DNA of 64,000 bases from Candidatus Eiseniibacteriota bacterium (GTDB lineage: Bacteria > Eisenbacteria > RBG-16-71-46). The notes under the pieces are model-generated. The model was not told the origin of the DNA and ran no database searches. It saw nothing but the letters and a program-made list of their open reading frames with translations. Positions 37,988-48,852 of this stretch are shown piece by piece. Each line of letters starts with the position of its first letter. Position 1 is the first letter of the stretch. A program made the position numbers and the translations under genes. The DNA lies in contig OY970342.1 in NCBI GenBank assembly GCA_963717505.1, positions 2,432,001 through 2,496,000 on the forward strand, in the 5' to 3' direction.

Positions 37988-39171
37988 CCCTGCTGCTCGC
38001 CGGGCGCGCGGCGGTGGTCACCGGCGGCGGACGCGGAGTCGGCGCCGCGATTGCGGGAGCGTTGGCCGGCGCTGGGGCCCGCGTGGTGGTCGCGGCGCGC
38101 ACCGCGAGCGAGGTCGAGAGCGTAGCCTCGACGATGCGCGCCGAGGGCGCCCAGATCTGGGCGACGACCTGCGACGTCTCGGACGAGGCCAGCGTGCGGG
38201 TACTGGGAGAGACCGCGCGCAAACATGCCGGGAGCATCGACATTCTCGTGAACAATGCCGGGACCGCGGCGTCGGCGCCGCTCGCGCGCATCGGCCTCGA
38301 CGACTGGAACGCCATGTTCGCGGTCAACGCGACCGGCACGTTCCTGTGCAGCCGCGAGTTCGTGCCCGACATGGTCGCGCGCGGCCGCGGCCGGGTGGTC
38401 AACATCGCTTCGATCGCCGGCCTCGAAGGCGGCCGCTACATCGCGCACTACAGCGCCGCCAAGCATGCGGTGGTCGGCTTCACGCGCTCGCTGGCGCACG
38501 AAGTCGCCGGCACCGGCGTCACCGTCAACGCGGTCTGTCCCGGCTACGTCGACACCTCGATCACGACGCGCTCGATCGACCACGTGGTCGCCCGGACTGG
38601 CCGGTCGCGCGACGAGGCGCTGGCCGCCATACTGGCGACCACCGGCCAGTCGCGGTTGATCGCGCCGGGCGAGGTGGCCGAGGCGGTGCTCGCGTTGTGC
38701 GGCGACCGGGCGTCGGAGATCAACGGCAGAACGCAGGTGCTCGAGGGGGTCGTGGGCGAAAGCGGATTCGAGATCGTGAACCCGGCGGAACTGGGCGAAC
38801 CCAAAGGCTGGAGCAATGGCATGCTGGCGCCGGCGCGCGGCCGCTTGCTGCTGATCGCCGGGCAAACCGGCTTGCCGGCGCAAGGCGCCGCCGCAGCGCC
38901 GCCGTTCGTCGAACAATTCGCGCGCGCGCTCGATCGCGTACTGGCGGTGGTGCGCGAGGCCGGCGGCCGTCCGGTCGACATCGGGCGCATGACCGTGTAC
39001 GTCACCGACCTGGCCGCCTACGTCGACAGTCGCAAGGCGCTGGCCGTGGTATGGCGCGAGCGATTCGGGAAGCACTACCCGGCGATGGCGCTGCTCGAGG
39101 TCCGCGGACTGGTCGACGCCGGAGCCCAGGTCGAAATCGAGGCGACGGCGGTGATCGGGGGGAGCGGCTAG
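37984..39171 (+). CDS. SDR oxidoreductase fused to RidA/YjgF domain
   Basis: TGGGRGVG, NNAG, YSAAK; then PKGWSNG..IAGQ..YPAMALLEV..VEIEATA. Confidence 0.85.
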   Translation: MTLLLAGRAAVVTGGGRGVGAAIAGALAGAGARVVVAARTASEVESVASTMRAEGAQIWATTCDVSDEASVRVLGETARKHAGSIDILVNNAGTAASAPLARIGLDDWNAMFAVNATGTFLCSREFVPDMVARGRGRVVNIASIAGLEGGRYIAHYSAAKHAVVGFTRSLAHEVAGTGVTVNAVCPGYVDTSITTRSIDHVVARTGRSRDEALAAILATTGQSRLIAPGEVAEAVLALCGDRASEINGRTQVLEGVVGESGFEIVNPAELGEPKGWSNGMLAPARGRLLLIAGQTGLPAQGAAAAPPFVEQFARALDRVLAVVREAGGRPVDIGRMTVYVTDLAAYVDSRKALAVVWRERFGKHYPAMALLEVRGLVDAGAQVEIEATAVIGGSG

Positions 39172-39974
39172 TGCCGATCGCACCGAAGTCGTTCCTCTAT
39201 TCAGTCGACTCGGCGAGTGGCGTTGCGACCATCACTCTTAACCGCCCCGAGCGCCTGAACGCCCTGACGTTCGAGGTCTACGGCGAGTTGCGCGACACGT
39301 TCCGCGCACTCGACACCGAGCCCGGCGTTCGCGCGATCGTCATCACCGGCGCGGGTCGCGGCTTCTGCTCGGGCGGCGATGTCGAGGACATCATCGGCGC
39401 ACTGTTCGGACGAGACTCCGCAGGGCTCCTCGCATTCACCCAAATGACCTGCGACCTGGTGCTCGCGATCCGGCATTGCTCGCGGCCGGTAATTGCGGCG
39501 CTCAACGGCACGGTGGCCGGCGCCGGTGCGGTGATCGCCACCGCCTGCGACTTCCGGATTGCCGCCGAGTCGGCGAAGATCGCGTTCCTGTTCGTGCGCG
39601 TCGGACTCTCGGGCGCCGACATGGGAGCCTCGTGGCTGCTGCCGCGCATCGTGGGGCTGGGACATGCGACCGAGCTGTTGATGACCGGGGAATTCATCGA
39701 CGCGAAACGTGCGGCCGAGATCGGGCTCTACCATCGCGTGGTGGCTCAGGACCGGGTGGTGGCCGACGCCACGGAATTCGCGGCCCGCCTGGCGCGCGGT
39801 CCGCTCGCGGCACTCGCGGTGACCAAGCAGGCATTGGAACTCGAGGCCGACATGACCCTCGCCGACGCGCTGGCCCACGAGGCTCGTGTCCAGGCCGAGC
39901 TGATGGAGCATCCCGACTACCGCGAGGCCTACGAGGCGTTTCGCGCCAAGCGCGAGCCGAGGTTCGCGCGGTGA
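39171..39974 (+). CDS. enoyl-CoA hydratase family protein
   Basis: [35 protein letters not shown]. Confidence 0.9.
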   Translation: MPIAPKSFLYSVDSASGVATITLNRPERLNALTFEVYGELRDTFRALDTEPGVRAIVITGAGRGFCSGGDVEDIIGALFGRDSAGLLAFTQMTCDLVLAIRHCSRPVIAALNGTVAGAGAVIATACDFRIAAESAKIAFLFVRVGLSGADMGASWLLPRIVGLGHATELLMTGEFIDAKRAAEIGLYHRVVAQDRVVADATEFAARLARGPLAALAVTKQALELEADMTLADALAHEARVQAELMEHPDYREAYEAFRAKREPRFAR

Positions 39975-41128
39975 TGCGTATTCCCGACGCCGCGCCGATT
40001 CGCGCGCTGCTCGACCCGGCGCACGTTGCGTTCGCCGGCAAGGTCGGCGCCTTCGCGGCACGCGAAATTTCGAGCCTGCCGGCGCCCGAGAGCGACGACG
40101 CAGCCCGGCGCACCGCGCGCGAGCTGGTCTCGCGGCTCGGCGGCGCCGGGTGGTTCGAGCCGATCCGCCGGCAGGACTGGCGTGCCTGCTGCCTGACGCG
40201 CGAGGCGCTGGCCGCCGCACTGCCGCTCGCCGACGCCGTGTTCGCGCTTCAGGGGTTGGGTTCCCTGCCGATCTTCGCCGCGGGCAGCAACGAATTGCGG
40301 ACAGGCTGGGCCGACGCGGCGATCGAAGGCCGCGCCATGGCCGCCTTCGCAATGACCGAGCGCGACGCGGGCTCCGACGTCGCCGCGATGGCGACCACCG
40401 CGCGGCGCGACGGCGATCACTACGTGCTCGATGGCACCAAGACCTACATCTCGAATGCCGGCATCGCCGACTTCTACACCGTGTTCGCCAAGACCGATCC
40501 CGCCGCCGGCAGCCGCGGCGTCTCTTGCTTCGTGGTGCCGGCCGACACGCCGGGATTGCGTTTCGTCCGGCCGCTGGTGCTCTCGGCGCCGCATCCGCTG
40601 GGCGAGATCGCTTTCGAAGGTTGCCGGGTGCCGGCGGCGAATCGATTGGGCGAGGAGGGCAAAGGATTCGGACTCGGACTCAAGGTGCTCGATCGCATGC
40701 GCGCCACCGTGGGTGCGGCCGCGTGCGGCATGGCCGCGCGCGGATTGTCCGAAGCGCTCGACTACGCTCGCGCTCGAAGGCAATTCGGCAAGCCGATCGC
40801 CGAGTTCCAACTGGTGCAGGAGAAGCTGTCGCGCATGGCGACCGAGCTGACCGCGGCGCGCCTCATGGTCTATCGGGCGGCGTGGGCGGCCGACGGCGGC
40901 GCCGAGCGAGTGACCCTCGAGGCAGCGATGGCCAAGAGCTTCGCGACCGAGGCGGCGCAGCGCATCGTCGACGACGCGGTCCAGGTGCTGGGTGGGGTGG
41001 GACTCATGGCGTCGCACCCGGTCGACCACCTCTATCGCGCGGTGCGCGCGCTCCGCATCTACGAAGGCACGACCGAGATCCAGCACCTGGTGATCGCCGG
41101 GCAACTCTTGAAGGAGGCCGAGGCGTGA
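39974..41128 (+). CDS. acyl-CoA dehydrogenase
   Basis: [45 protein letters not shown]. Confidence 0.92.
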   Translation: MRIPDAAPIRALLDPAHVAFAGKVGAFAAREISSLPAPESDDAARRTARELVSRLGGAGWFEPIRRQDWRACCLTREALAAALPLADAVFALQGLGSLPIFAAGSNELRTGWADAAIEGRAMAAFAMTERDAGSDVAAMATTARRDGDHYVLDGTKTYISNAGIADFYTVFAKTDPAAGSRGVSCFVVPADTPGLRFVRPLVLSAPHPLGEIAFEGCRVPAANRLGEEGKGFGLGLKVLDRMRATVGAAACGMAARGLSEALDYARARRQFGKPIAEFQLVQEKLSRMATELTAARLMVYRAAWAADGGAERVTLEAAMAKSFATEAAQRIVDDAVQVLGGVGLMASHPVDHLYRAVRALRIYEGTTEIQHLVIAGQLLKEAEA

Positions 41129-43428
41129 AGGCCGTCGCCATCGGCGGCGGGCCGGCCGGCCTGTTCTTCGCATTGCTTTTGAAGAAGGCCAACCCGAAGC
41201 ACGACGTGTCGGTCTATGAGCGGAACCGGCTCGATGACACCTTCGGCTTCGGCGTCGTGTTCTCGGATGCGACCGAGGAGGCACTCGCCCAGGCCGATCC
41301 CGAGACCATCGCCGCGATGGCGGCGGCCTGCCACCGCTGGGACGACATCGAAATCCACTATCGGGGTGAGATGCTGACCTCGACCGGCCACGGTTTCTCG
41401 GGTCTATCGCGGCGAACCTTGCTCGAGATCCTGGCCGGCCGATGCCGGGCCGCAGGTGTCCACCTGTGCTTCGAGCGCGAGATCAAAGACCCCGAGTCGC
41501 TGCGCGACGCCGATCTGGTGTTCGCTGCAGACGGCGTCAACTCGATGGTGCGCGAGCGCTATCGCGAACACTTCCAGCCGGTGATCGACACCCGACCCAA
41601 CAAGTTCGTGTGGCTGGGCACCACCCGGCCGTTCCCGGCGTTCACCTTCTATTTCAAGCCCACCGAACACGGCCTGTGGCGGGTGCACGCCTACCAGTAC
41701 GAGCCGGGCGCCTCGACCTTCATCGTCGAGGCGCGCGACGAGACCTGGCGCGCCGCGGGGCTCGAACGCGCGAGCGAAGCCGACACGATCGCGTTCTGCG
41801 AGCGGCTGTTCGCCGAGGAACTCGACGGTCACCGGTTGGTCTCGAATCGCTCGGTGTGGCGCAGCTTCCCGACCATCCGCAATCAGCACTGGCATCACGG
41901 CAACCTCGTGCTCGCCGGCGACGCCGCGCACACAGCGCACTTTTCGGTGGGTTCGGGGACCAAGCTGGCGATGGAGGACGCGATCGCACTGGTCGCCGCC
42001 CTCGGCGCGCACCGCGACATCCCGGAGGCGCTTGCCGCCTACGAGGCGGTTCGCCGCCCGGGGGTCGAAAGTCTCCAGCGCGCGGCGCAGGCCAGTCTTC
42101 AGTGGTTCGAGGACACCGAGCGCTACATGGATCTCGAGCCGATCCAGTTCGCGTTCACGCTGCTCACGCGCAGCCTGCGGGTCACGCACCAGAATCTGAA
42201 GGTGCGCGATCCCAAGTTCGTCGCCCAGGTCGATGAGTGGTTCGCCGATCGGGCCGACCGACAGGTGGCAGGTAAGAGCGGTTCTTCCGGCGTGAAAGGA
42301 GAGGCCGTTGGCAAGATCTCGGCGGGCACACCGCCCGGGCGCGTGCCGCCCCCGATGTTCACGCCGTTTCGCTTGCGCGACCTGCTGCTCGAGAACCGCG
42401 TCGTGGTCTCGCCGATGTGCCAATACTCGGCCGAGGACGGCATGCCCGACGACTGGCACCTCGTGCATTTGGGTGCGCGCGCGGTGGGCGGCGCCGGGCT
42501 GGTCTACGCCGAGATGACCGACGTCAGCCGTGACGGCCGCATCTCGCCGGGCTGCACCGGCCTCTACAAGCCCGAGCACGTGCCGGCGTGGAAGCGCATC
42601 GTCGACTTCGTGCACGGGAACACCCGCGCCAAGATGGGGATCCAGCTCGGGCACGCCGGCCGCAAAGGGTCGACTCGTTTGTCGTGGGAGGGCGACGTCG
42701 AGCCGCTGATCGCCGAGAACTGGCCGATCGTCTCGGCCTCGGCCATTCCGTGGCGGCCCCACAGCCAGGTGCCGAAGGAGATGACCCGCGCCGACATGGA
42801 TGGGGTGATCGCCGACCACGTGCGCGCCGCGGGCTACGCACTCGAAGCCGGCTTCGACCTGCTCGAAATCCACATGGCGCACGGCTATTTGCTGGCGAGC
42901 TTCATCTCGCCGCTCACCAACCGTCGCACCGACGAGTACGGGGGTACGATCGAGAACCGCATGCGTTTCCCGCTCATGGTGTTCGATGCGGTGCGCGCCG
43001 CGTGGCCCCAGCACCAGCCGATGTCGGTGCGCATCTCGGCGGTCGACTGGTTCCCGGGTGGCCACGACCCGGCCGATGCGGTCGATGTCGCGCGCCTGCT
43101 CGCCGAACACGGCTGCGACATCGTCGACGTCTCGGCCGGGCAAACCGTGCCCGATCAGCAACCGATCTACGGACGGATCTTCCAGACCCCATTCGCCGAT
43201 CGCATTCGCCACGAAGCCGGGATCGCGACCATGGCGGTCGGCAACATCTCGTCGTACGCGGACGTCAACACCATCCTCGCGGCGGGCCGGGCCGATCTGT
43301 GCCTGCTCGCGCGCGCTCATTTGTGGGATCCCTACTGGACCCGACACGCCGCCTACGAACTCGGCTGGCCACTGGCCTGGCCCGATCCCTACGAGTCCCT
43401 GAACACGTTTCGGCCGCGGTTCACCTAG
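41125..43428 (+). CDS. abmA: anthraniloyl-CoA monooxygenase/reductase (bifunctional salicylyl-CoA 5-hydroxylase/oxidoreductase)
   Basis: [38 protein letters not shown] flavin monooxygenase fused to OYE-like [16 protein letters not shown] domain. Confidence 0.9.
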   Translation: MKAVAIGGGPAGLFFALLLKKANPKHDVSVYERNRLDDTFGFGVVFSDATEEALAQADPETIAAMAAACHRWDDIEIHYRGEMLTSTGHGFSGLSRRTLLEILAGRCRAAGVHLCFEREIKDPESLRDADLVFAADGVNSMVRERYREHFQPVIDTRPNKFVWLGTTRPFPAFTFYFKPTEHGLWRVHAYQYEPGASTFIVEARDETWRAAGLERASEADTIAFCERLFAEELDGHRLVSNRSVWRSFPTIRNQHWHHGNLVLAGDAAHTAHFSVGSGTKLAMEDAIALVAALGAHRDIPEALAAYEAVRRPGVESLQRAAQASLQWFEDTERYMDLEPIQFAFTLLTRSLRVTHQNLKVRDPKFVAQVDEWFADRADRQVAGKSGSSGVKGEAVGKISAGTPPGRVPPPMFTPFRLRDLLLENRVVVSPMCQYSAEDGMPDDWHLVHLGARAVGGAGLVYAEMTDVSRDGRISPGCTGLYKPEHVPAWKRIVDFVHGNTRAKMGIQLGHAGRKGSTRLSWEGDVEPLIAENWPIVSASAIPWRPHSQVPKEMTRADMDGVIADHVRAAGYALEAGFDLLEIHMAHGYLLASFISPLTNRRTDEYGGTIENRMRFPLMVFDAVRAAWPQHQPMSVRISAVDWFPGGHDPADAVDVARLLAEHGCDIVDVSAGQTVPDQQPIYGRIFQTPFADRIRHEAGIATMAVGNISSYADVNTILAAGRADLCLLARAHLWDPYWTRHAAYELGWPLAWPDPYESLNTFRPRFT

Positions 43429-43475
43429 ACATTTCGTGCCGCGACGCCAGTCGCCGCGGCGCAGGAGATCGGACG

Positions 43476-44252
43476 ATGACCGTCACCTACGGCAGTTACC
43501 TCAGACTCGACGAGCTGCTCGCGCAGCAGCAGCCGCTCTCGGACGAACACGACGAGATGCTGTTCATCGTCATCCACCAGGTCTACGAGCTGTGGTTCAA
43601 GGAACTGCTGCACGAAATCGATTATCTGAAGAAGATGCTGGAGGCCGGCGACGAGCCGCGCGCGCTGCACACGTTCAAGCGCATCCTGACCATCCTCAAG
43701 GTCGTGGTCGCCCAGATCGACGTGCTCGAAACCATGACCCCGCTCGAGTTCCTGTCGTTCCGCAACCGACTCGAAAGCGGGAGCGGATTCCAGTCGTTCC
43801 AGTTCCGCGAGCTGGAGTTCGTGCTCGGCGCGAAAGACCCGGCGGCGCTCGAGCGCTACCCGAATGGCAGCGCTGCGCGCGGACGACTCGAACGGCGTGT
43901 GGCGGAGCCGACGCTGTGGGACTCGTTCCTGCGCTACCTGGTGTTGCGCGGGCATCCGGTGCCGCGCATGCAGCTCCAGCGCGACGTGCGCCAGCCGGTG
44001 GCGGCCGCGCCCGAGTTGGAGCCGCTGCTGCTGGACCTCTATCGTAGGGACTCGATGGTCCGCACGCTGTGCGAACGACTGGTCGACCTCGACGAAGGCA
44101 TCCAGGAATGGCGCTACCGGCACGTCAAAATGGTGCAGCGCACGATCGGCACGCGGCGCGGCACGGGAGGGTCGGCGGGCGCGGACTACTTGATGCAAAC
44201 GATCAATCGACCGATGTTTCCCGACCTATGGAGCATTCGGACGCAATTCTAG
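43476..44252 (+). CDS. kynA: tryptophan 2,3-dioxygenase
   Basis: TYGSYLRLDELL, HDEMLFIVIHQVYELWFK, SGFQSFQFR, GTGGSAG. Confidence 0.95.
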   Translation: MTVTYGSYLRLDELLAQQQPLSDEHDEMLFIVIHQVYELWFKELLHEIDYLKKMLEAGDEPRALHTFKRILTILKVVVAQIDVLETMTPLEFLSFRNRLESGSGFQSFQFRELEFVLGAKDPAALERYPNGSAARGRLERRVAEPTLWDSFLRYLVLRGHPVPRMQLQRDVRQPVAAAPELEPLLLDLYRRDSMVRTLCERLVDLDEGIQEWRYRHVKMVQRTIGTRRGTGGSAGADYLMQTINRPMFPDLWSIRTQF

Positions 44253-44279
44253 GCCGACACACAACAGGAGGTTCGAAGC

Positions 44280-44501
44280 ATGAACAAGTCCCTGCGGTTG
44301 CTGCCCACTCTCTTGCTCTTTGCCACGTCCGCGCACGCGCATGATGGCCATGGTGTTGTGGAGCGGTCGGGGTCGTGGCTCCACTACGTGCTCGAACCGG
44401 TGCACCTGCCAGTGACACTGCTCGCGGTCGGGATCTTGCTGGTCGGCGGTCGCTGGACGTTCCGGCGCCTCGAACGATCGATGTCCTCCCGCCGCCGTTG
44501 A
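44280..44501 (+). CDS. small His-containing membrane protein
   Basis: AGGAGG RBS; signal-like segment, AHAHDGHG, HYVLEPVH, one TM segment; overlaps the next start. Confidence 0.6.
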   Translation: MNKSLRLLPTLLLFATSAHAHDGHGVVERSGSWLHYVLEPVHLPVTLLAVGILLVGGRWTFRRLERSMSSRRR

Positions 44502-45733
44502 CGCACCCGTCGCCGGCCGCTGGGGCCGTGCATTCCATCGAGTCATTGGCGCGCGACACCAACTCGCTCGCCCCTCTCTACTCTCGGTTCCGCGTCGCCG
44601 ATCGGCTGCTGCTGACCGGCCACTCTCATCAGGCGTGGCCGGACGTGGCGTTCGAGGGCCAGAATCAAGCATGGCTCGATGCCGCTGAATTCGTGGACGA
44701 AAAGTGGTTGCGCGCCGAGCAACAGGCCGACGCGGTTCGCGCGGGGTTCGCGCGGCTGCTCGACGATCGCGACGGCCTGATCGCGCTCGGCACCAGCACC
44801 CACGAGCTGGTGATCCGCTTCCTGTCGGCGCTGCCGCTCGAGCAACGGCCGCGGCTGGTGACCACCGACGGCGAGTTCCACACGCTGCGCCGTCAGCTCG
44901 ATCGTTTCGCCGAGACCGGGCGCATCGAGGTAGTCAAGGTTCCGGCGCTGCCGGCAGCGACCGCTGCCGATCGCCTGGCCGCCGCCGTCAACGATCGCAC
45001 GGCCGCGGTGCTGGCTTCTTCGGTCCTGTTCGCCAATTCGCACATGGTGCCCGGCCTCGGCCGCGTACTCGAGGCCTGCCGCAAGGTCGGAGCGGAGCTC
45101 TTGGTCGACGTCTATCACCAGCTCAATGTCGTCCCGGTGTCGGTGGAGCGAGAACACCTCGGCGGCGCGTTCGTGGTCGGCGGCGGCTACAAGTACTGCC
45201 AGCTCGGCGAGGGCAATTGCTTCCTGCGCGTCCCGCCCGGGCGCGACGAGCTGGCGCCGGTGATCACCGGATGGTTCAGCGAGTTCGGACGCCTCGCCCA
45301 ACGCCCGGAAGGCGCCGTGCCTTACGGGGAAGGTGCCGCACGCTGGGCGGGGGCGACTTACGACCCGACCAGCCACTATCGCGCCGCGCGAGTCTTCAAC
45401 TTCTTCGAGGCGCAGTCGCTATCGCCCGAGTTCCTGCGTGCGGTCAGCCAGAGCCAGATCGGCGTCCTGGCGTCGGCGTTCGATTCGCTCGACCTCGATC
45501 CCAGGATCGTCACGCGCGATCGCGACACGCCGCTCGCGGCAATTGGTGGATTCCTGGCGCTCATCAGTCCGCACGCAGAGGAGCTCTCACTCTTGTTGCG
45601 CGCGCGGGGTGTGGCCACCGACGTACGCGGCCCGCTGCTCAGGCTCGGTCCAGCGCCGTACCTGTCGGACTCACAACTGCGCGACGCGATCGCGGTGCTC
45701 GGCACGGTCGTGCGGCAGGACTTGGCGCGCTAG
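44498..45733 (+). CDS. kynU: kynureninase (atypical type)
   Basis: LTGHSHQAWP, DVYH, GGYKYCQLGEG (PLP Lys), TGWF, LRLGPAPY; next to kynA; start TTG 44498 or GTG 44528. Confidence 0.82.
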   Translation: MTHPSPAAGAVHSIESLARDTNSLAPLYSRFRVADRLLLTGHSHQAWPDVAFEGQNQAWLDAAEFVDEKWLRAEQQADAVRAGFARLLDDRDGLIALGTSTHELVIRFLSALPLEQRPRLVTTDGEFHTLRRQLDRFAETGRIEVVKVPALPAATAADRLAAAVNDRTAAVLASSVLFANSHMVPGLGRVLEACRKVGAELLVDVYHQLNVVPVSVEREHLGGAFVVGGGYKYCQLGEGNCFLRVPPGRDELAPVITGWFSEFGRLAQRPEGAVPYGEGAARWAGATYDPTSHYRAARVFNFFEAQSLSPEFLRAVSQSQIGVLASAFDSLDLDPRIVTRDRDTPLAAIGGFLALISPHAEELSLLLRARGVATDVRGPLLRLGPAPYLSDSQLRDAIAVLGTVVRQDLAR

Positions 45734-45750
45734 GACTCGCGGCCGCGCGG

Positions 45751-46305
45751 TTACCCGGCGGTCGCGGTGCGCTTGAGACGGGACGCGTACTTGGCGCGCA
45801 GCTTCGCCATCTTGGGCCCGATCGTGGCCGCGCAGTAAGGCTGGGTCGGATTCTGCCGGTAGTAGCCCTGGTGATACTCCTCCGCCGGGTAGAACGTGCC
45901 GAGCGGTTCGACTTCGGTCACGATCGGCTTCGGAAACACGTCTTCGGCAGTCAGCGCCGAGATCACCTCGCGCGCAGTCCGTTCCTGTTCGGGCGAGTGG
46001 GTGTAGATCGCCGAGCGGTACTGGGTGCCGACGTCGGCGCCCTGACGGTTGAGCGTGGTCGGGTCGTGAAACGCGAAGAACAGCTCGAGCAGGTCCCGGT
46101 ACGAGATCTTCGCCGGGTCGAACGTCACCTGTACGACCTCGGCGTGCCCCGTGGTTCCGGCACACACTTCCTTGTAACTCGGGTTCGAGGTCCGTCCGCC
46201 GGCGTAGCCGGAGACCACGCCCAACACCCCCTCGAGCGGTTCGAACACCGCCTCGAGGCACCAGAAGCAGCCACCGGCCAATGTCGCGACTTCATGCGTA
46301 GCCAT
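45751..46305 (-). CDS. msrA: peptide-methionine (S)-S-oxide reductase
   Basis: [35 protein letters not shown]. Confidence 0.96.
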   Translation of the reverse strand: MATHEVATLAGGCFWCLEAVFEPLEGVLGVVSGYAGGRTSNPSYKEVCAGTTGHAEVVQVTFDPAKISYRDLLELFFAFHDPTTLNRQGADVGTQYRSAIYTHSPEQERTAREVISALTAEDVFPKPIVTEVEPLGTFYPAEEYHQGYYRQNPTQPYCAATIGPKMAKLRAKYASRLKRTATAG

Positions 46306-46394
46306 GACATTCCTCCAACCTCGACCCAGGTAACCCCGTGCGGCAACACGATAACGCAACCGGAGGGGAGATGTGACCGAGGGGGGACGGCGGC

Positions 46395-47189
46395 TTACGC
46401 GGCGCGACGGACGTGCTTGAGCATCTCGTGGTGATGGTGGGTCTTGAGCACGGTCGCGGCGCAATGCTCGGCGAACGAAGCGAGCATCTTCAGGTGCATG
46501 TCGCTGAACGGCTCGCCGGTGGTGCGCGAGACGCTGACCACGCCGATCGGCTGTCCACGGAAGCGCATCGGGACGCACAGCCCGCCGACGATCTTGCGCC
46601 CCTGCTTGCGGTGCTCGTTGAATCGCTTGGCCATCAGTTCCGGCGTGAGATTCAGAGCTTCGCCGGTCGAGAAAACGGTGCCCGCGACACCTTCACCGGG
46701 TTTCACCTGGCCGCCGAGCACCAAGCCGGTGTCGACGCCCGACGCCGCCTTGACCTCGAGCATTCCGGTCGCCTCGTCGTGGAGCATGATCGACGCCTGG
46801 TGCGCATCCAGGCAGGGAATCAGCCGCTGGGCCGCCATGTCGAGCATGCCCTGCAGGTCGAGCCGCAGCTGGAGCTGCGTGCTGGTATCGAACAGGAACG
46901 AAAGCTCGCCGAAGCGGGCCTGTAGCGACGCCTCGCGCACCGCCATGTCGCGCAACTGGGTCTCGAGCTCGGCCAATTGGCGGAACCGGTAGTGGTTGTA
47001 GAGCACGAACAACAGCACCAGCCCGACCAGCCCGACCAGGGTTGGCCAGCGTTGCCCGAAGTTCCACGTGGCCGACTCGCCGTTCCAGCTCATCAGGATG
47101 AGTGCCCCGCACATGGCGGCCATGACCACGCCGCCGAGCGTGGCGATCCGGTTGCGCTGGCGTTCGACCTTCTCGAAACCCTGGGACAT
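46395..47189 (-). CDS. membrane-anchored GAF-domain protein
   Basis: Two TM segments, coiled coil, [28 protein letters not shown]; no output domain. Confidence 0.8.
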   Translation of the reverse strand: MSQGFEKVERQRNRIATLGGVVMAAMCGALILMSWNGESATWNFGQRWPTLVGLVGLVLLFVLYNHYRFRQLAELETQLRDMAVREASLQARFGELSFLFDTSTQLQLRLDLQGMLDMAAQRLIPCLDAHQASIMLHDEATGMLEVKAASGVDTGLVLGGQVKPGEGVAGTVFSTGEALNLTPELMAKRFNEHRKQGRKIVGGLCVPMRFRGQPIGVVSVSRTTGEPFSDMHLKMLASFAEHCAATVLKTHHHHEMLKHVRRAA

Positions 47190-47290
47190 GTTGGGGATCT
47201 CCGACCCACGGAAAATGTGGGCTCGATCGGTTATCGGTCGAAGCGCAGGCGAACTTGAGTGGCGGGCCGGGCGCTGCGCAGGTGTGGGAG

Positions 47291-47317
47291 GGGGTAGCGA
47301 GCGAACCTCGCTACCCC
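47291..47317. terminator. 11-bp hairpin downstream of BON gene
   Basis: GGGGTAGCGAG-CGAAC-CTCGCTACCCC; no clear U-tract on the minus strand. Confidence 0.4.
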
Positions 47318-47354
47318 TTGTCCCGTTTATCGGCTTCGGTGGAACGAACCTACG

Positions 47355-48410
47355 TCACTTCTGACTGGTCTGCGGACCCTCCATGAGCAGATCGTTCTGG
47401 ACCCGCGCGACGCCCGGAGTCGCGCGCGCGATTGCCACAACGGCGTATCGATCAGAGGCCCGCTGAACCGTGCCGGTCAGGCGCGCCGTCCCGGCTTTGA
47501 CCTCGACCTTCACGTTCGCGCCCTCAATCTTCGCATCGGTGATCCGCTGGCGAACGGCGGATTCCACCTGATCGTCCTTCGCGGTCGCCTGCTTCTTCTG
47601 CGACGCCGCGACCACACGCAGCTCGCGGTTCACCGACTTGACGCCTGCCACTTCGCTCGCCACGCGGACCGCCTTGTCCGAGATCGCTTTGGTCGGCACG
47701 GTGCCGAACAGGGTCACGACGCCTCGGCGGGTGTCCACATTGATGTCGCTCGCCGGGATGTCGGCGTCCGTCATGAAACGCATCTTGGTCTGAGCGGTGA
47801 TCCATCCGTCCGTCACCGCGTTCCTGCTCGCAGGATCGGCCGGCGTGTCGTCATACCAGATTTCGCGATCACTGAACTCGTCCGGGCTTTCGATCTCCGA
47901 GGCGACCTGACGAACGCCCGGAACGACGGAGGCCACTTCGAGTGCCAGCAGGTGATCGGACAGAGTGTTGGCCTTGCCCGCCAGCAGCACCACGCCTTTG
48001 TTGACCGACTTGGTCTGGATCGAGCTGTTGGCGAGTGCCGGCTCGGCCTTCAGGGCGGCATTCACTTCATCCTTGAGTCGGTCGTCGGCGACCTCGACGC
48101 TCTTTTGCCGGCTGTCGGGCACCACCTGGAGCAGGTTGCGAACCGACACGACGCCGGTGCCGGCGCGCGCGATCCGCTCGGCTTCCGTCTTCTCGGCGTT
48201 CGAGGGGACCTTGCCATGCAGCGTCACGCGGCCTTCGTCGGTGTCGACGTCGATCGGGAACCCGCTGACCATCGGCGAGTTCAAGAGCAACATCTTCACT
48301 TTGGCCGAGACCCACGCGTCCGACACGCCCGCCTGAGCCGGAATAGCCCCGATGACGAGCATCGCGGCCAAGCAGGCCATGAGCATCCACGGTTGCATCT
48401 TCGAATTCAT
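47355..48410 (-). CDS. OsmY-like protein with four BON domains
   Basis: Signal peptide ending AQA; four repeats of D..I/V..V..L..I.V...G.V.L.G.V..GV..V.N.L. Confidence 0.88.
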   Translation of the reverse strand: MNSKMQPWMLMACLAAMLVIGAIPAQAGVSDAWVSAKVKMLLLNSPMVSGFPIDVDTDEGRVTLHGKVPSNAEKTEAERIARAGTGVVSVRNLLQVVPDSRQKSVEVADDRLKDEVNAALKAEPALANSSIQTKSVNKGVVLLAGKANTLSDHLLALEVASVVPGVRQVASEIESPDEFSDREIWYDDTPADPASRNAVTDGWITAQTKMRFMTDADIPASDINVDTRRGVVTLFGTVPTKAISDKAVRVASEVAGVKSVNRELRVVAASQKKQATAKDDQVESAVRQRITDAKIEGANVKVEVKAGTARLTGTVQRASDRYAVVAIARATPGVARVQNDLLMEGPQTSQK

Positions 48411-48709
48411 TACGTTTCTCCTTCGATTTCGCGCTACGCGCTCGTCGCGGATTGCGACGGGACGCAAGGCGCTGGGAACTTGATCACGAGGCCGAGCGAG
48501 TAATCGGCGGTGGGGCTCGCAAATCGGTGATGTGGGCTGGTAGGCGTCCTTGCGGATCGGGGACATCACCGCCATCCCAACCAGGTCGTTTGTTACAACG
48601 ACCATGTAGGTTCTAGGGCATCAGCGACATGGCACGCCCCATTCCGGCGCTAACCGACTGTGAATGCACCACTCCTGTAATTGCCTTGGGCTCGGCGCGC
48701 AAGGTATCC

Positions 48710-48724
48710 GCAAGAAGCAGGCCA
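48710..48724 (-). promoter_or_regulatory. possible sigma54 (-24/-12) promoter
   Basis: Minus strand TGGC-CTGCTTC-TTGC (GG-N10-GC), facing the BON gene. Confidence 0.35.
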
Positions 48725-48852
48725 ACAGTGGCTTGGCGGTGGAGTGTGTCGGCATCGCGGCTTGACTCGCCGCCGCGCGCCGCTGAGAGTGCGAACGCAG
48801 AACGATCCTTCTGCGATGGACCGATCGAGGAGCGCCTGGCCATGGGAGGCCG

